This document shows, piece after piece, positions 63,109 through 64,000 of a DNA stretch of 64,000 bases. Positions within the stretch are counted from its first letter, which is position 1. Each line of letters opens with the position of its first letter. Source of the stretch: Callorhinchus milii (taxonomy: Eukaryota); contig NW_024704743.1 of the NCBI RefSeq assembly GCF_018977255.1, forward strand, positions 15,316,001-15,380,000, written 5' to 3'. Below the pieces are notes generated by a model. That model worked only from the letters and a program-made list of their open reading frames with translations. It ran no database searches and was not told the origin of the DNA. Position numbers and translations under genes: made by a program.

Positions 63109-64000
63109 GCGCATTATAGAGAATGTAGGAGTGATCTTAAAAGAGCGATAAGACAGGCTAAAAGATCGCATGAGAAGAGGTTAGCGGGTAACATAAAGGG
63201 GAATCCTAAAATATTTTATAAGCAAATAAAGGAAAAAAGGTTAGTTAAAGGTAGGGTGGGGCCAATCAAAGACAATGATGGCAATCTTGTTGTGGAGGCA
63301 GAGGGCATGGCTGATGTACTAAACGAGTACTTTGCATCTGTCTTCACAACGGAAACGGATGCCCCAAATGCCACAGTATTGGATGACAGGGTAGAGGACG
63401 TAGATCAGATTACTAAAGACAGAGAGGAAGTTCTGAAAAGATTGCCTGGGCTCAAAATTGATAAGTCACCAGGACCAGATGGGTTTCACCCAAGGTTGCT
63501 GTGGGAGATACGGGTTCAAATAGCGGAGGCTTTGGCCATTATATTTCAATCGTCATTGGACACAGGAGTGGTGCCAAGAGACTGGAGAGTAGCTAATGTT
63601 ACCCCACTCTACAAAAAGGGGCAGAAAGACAAGCCCGGAAATTACAGGCCAGTCAGCCTAACTTCGGTAATAGGAAAGCTACTGGAGACCGTAATCCGGG
63701 ACAAAATAAATCTCTACTTAGAGGAACACGAGGTAATTAGAGACAGCCAACATGGATTTGTTAAAGGCAAATCTTGCCTAACAAATCTAATAGAATTTTT
63801 TGAAGAGGTGACTGCGAGGGTTGATGAGGGAAATGCGGTGGACATTATTTACATGGATTTTAAAAAGGCTTTTGACACAGTACCGCATAAGAGGTTAATA
63901 AAAAAACTGGAGGCCCACGGTATTAAGGGGACAGTAGCCGTTTGGATTAGGAACTGGCTGAGTGACAGAATGCAGAGGGTGGTGGTTAATGGGTGTTTCT
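63109..64000 (+). mobile_element. Young CR1 LINE ORF2 (RT), open to window end
   Basis: 297 codons with no stop: NPKIFY, LNEYFASVFT, KSPGPDGFHP, DWRVANVTPLYKKG, NYRPVSLTS, QHGFVKGKSCLTNL, YMDFKKAFDTVPH. Confidence 0.95.

Overview
Vertebrate genomic DNA. The CR1/L2/Deu-type SINE content and protein divergence suggest a cartilaginous fish (inference). The window holds the 3' parts of two convergent spliced genes. UBP1 (LBP-1a/1b, CP2/Grainyhead family) is on the + strand with 10 coding exons from 172 to the stop at 21173, including the 36-aa LBP-1b-type cassette exon. FBXL2 is on the - strand with 10 coding exons from 61604 to the stop at 27441, ending in the CAAX box CVIL. All exons were traced by hand with GT-AG boundaries and consistent phases, and the tail-to-tail UBP1-FBXL2 arrangement matches human. 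Introns are full of 5'-truncated non-LTR retroelements: young L2 LINEs, CR1 LINEs (one with an uninterrupted RT frame to the window edge), tRNA-derived SINEs in two subfamilies, older Deu-domain SINEs and an unclassified LINE. I see no evidence for a wholly new gene system. The most notable observations are: an L2/SINE pair sharing a 3' hairpin with a compensatory base-pair change; reciprocal L2/SINE nesting; hairpins converted into perfect palindromes; two ~110-bp locally templated insertions; a promoter-like motif cluster inside a UBP1 intron; and a candidate poison exon in FBXL2. Repeat boundaries are approximate and family names were assigned by eye, without database searches.
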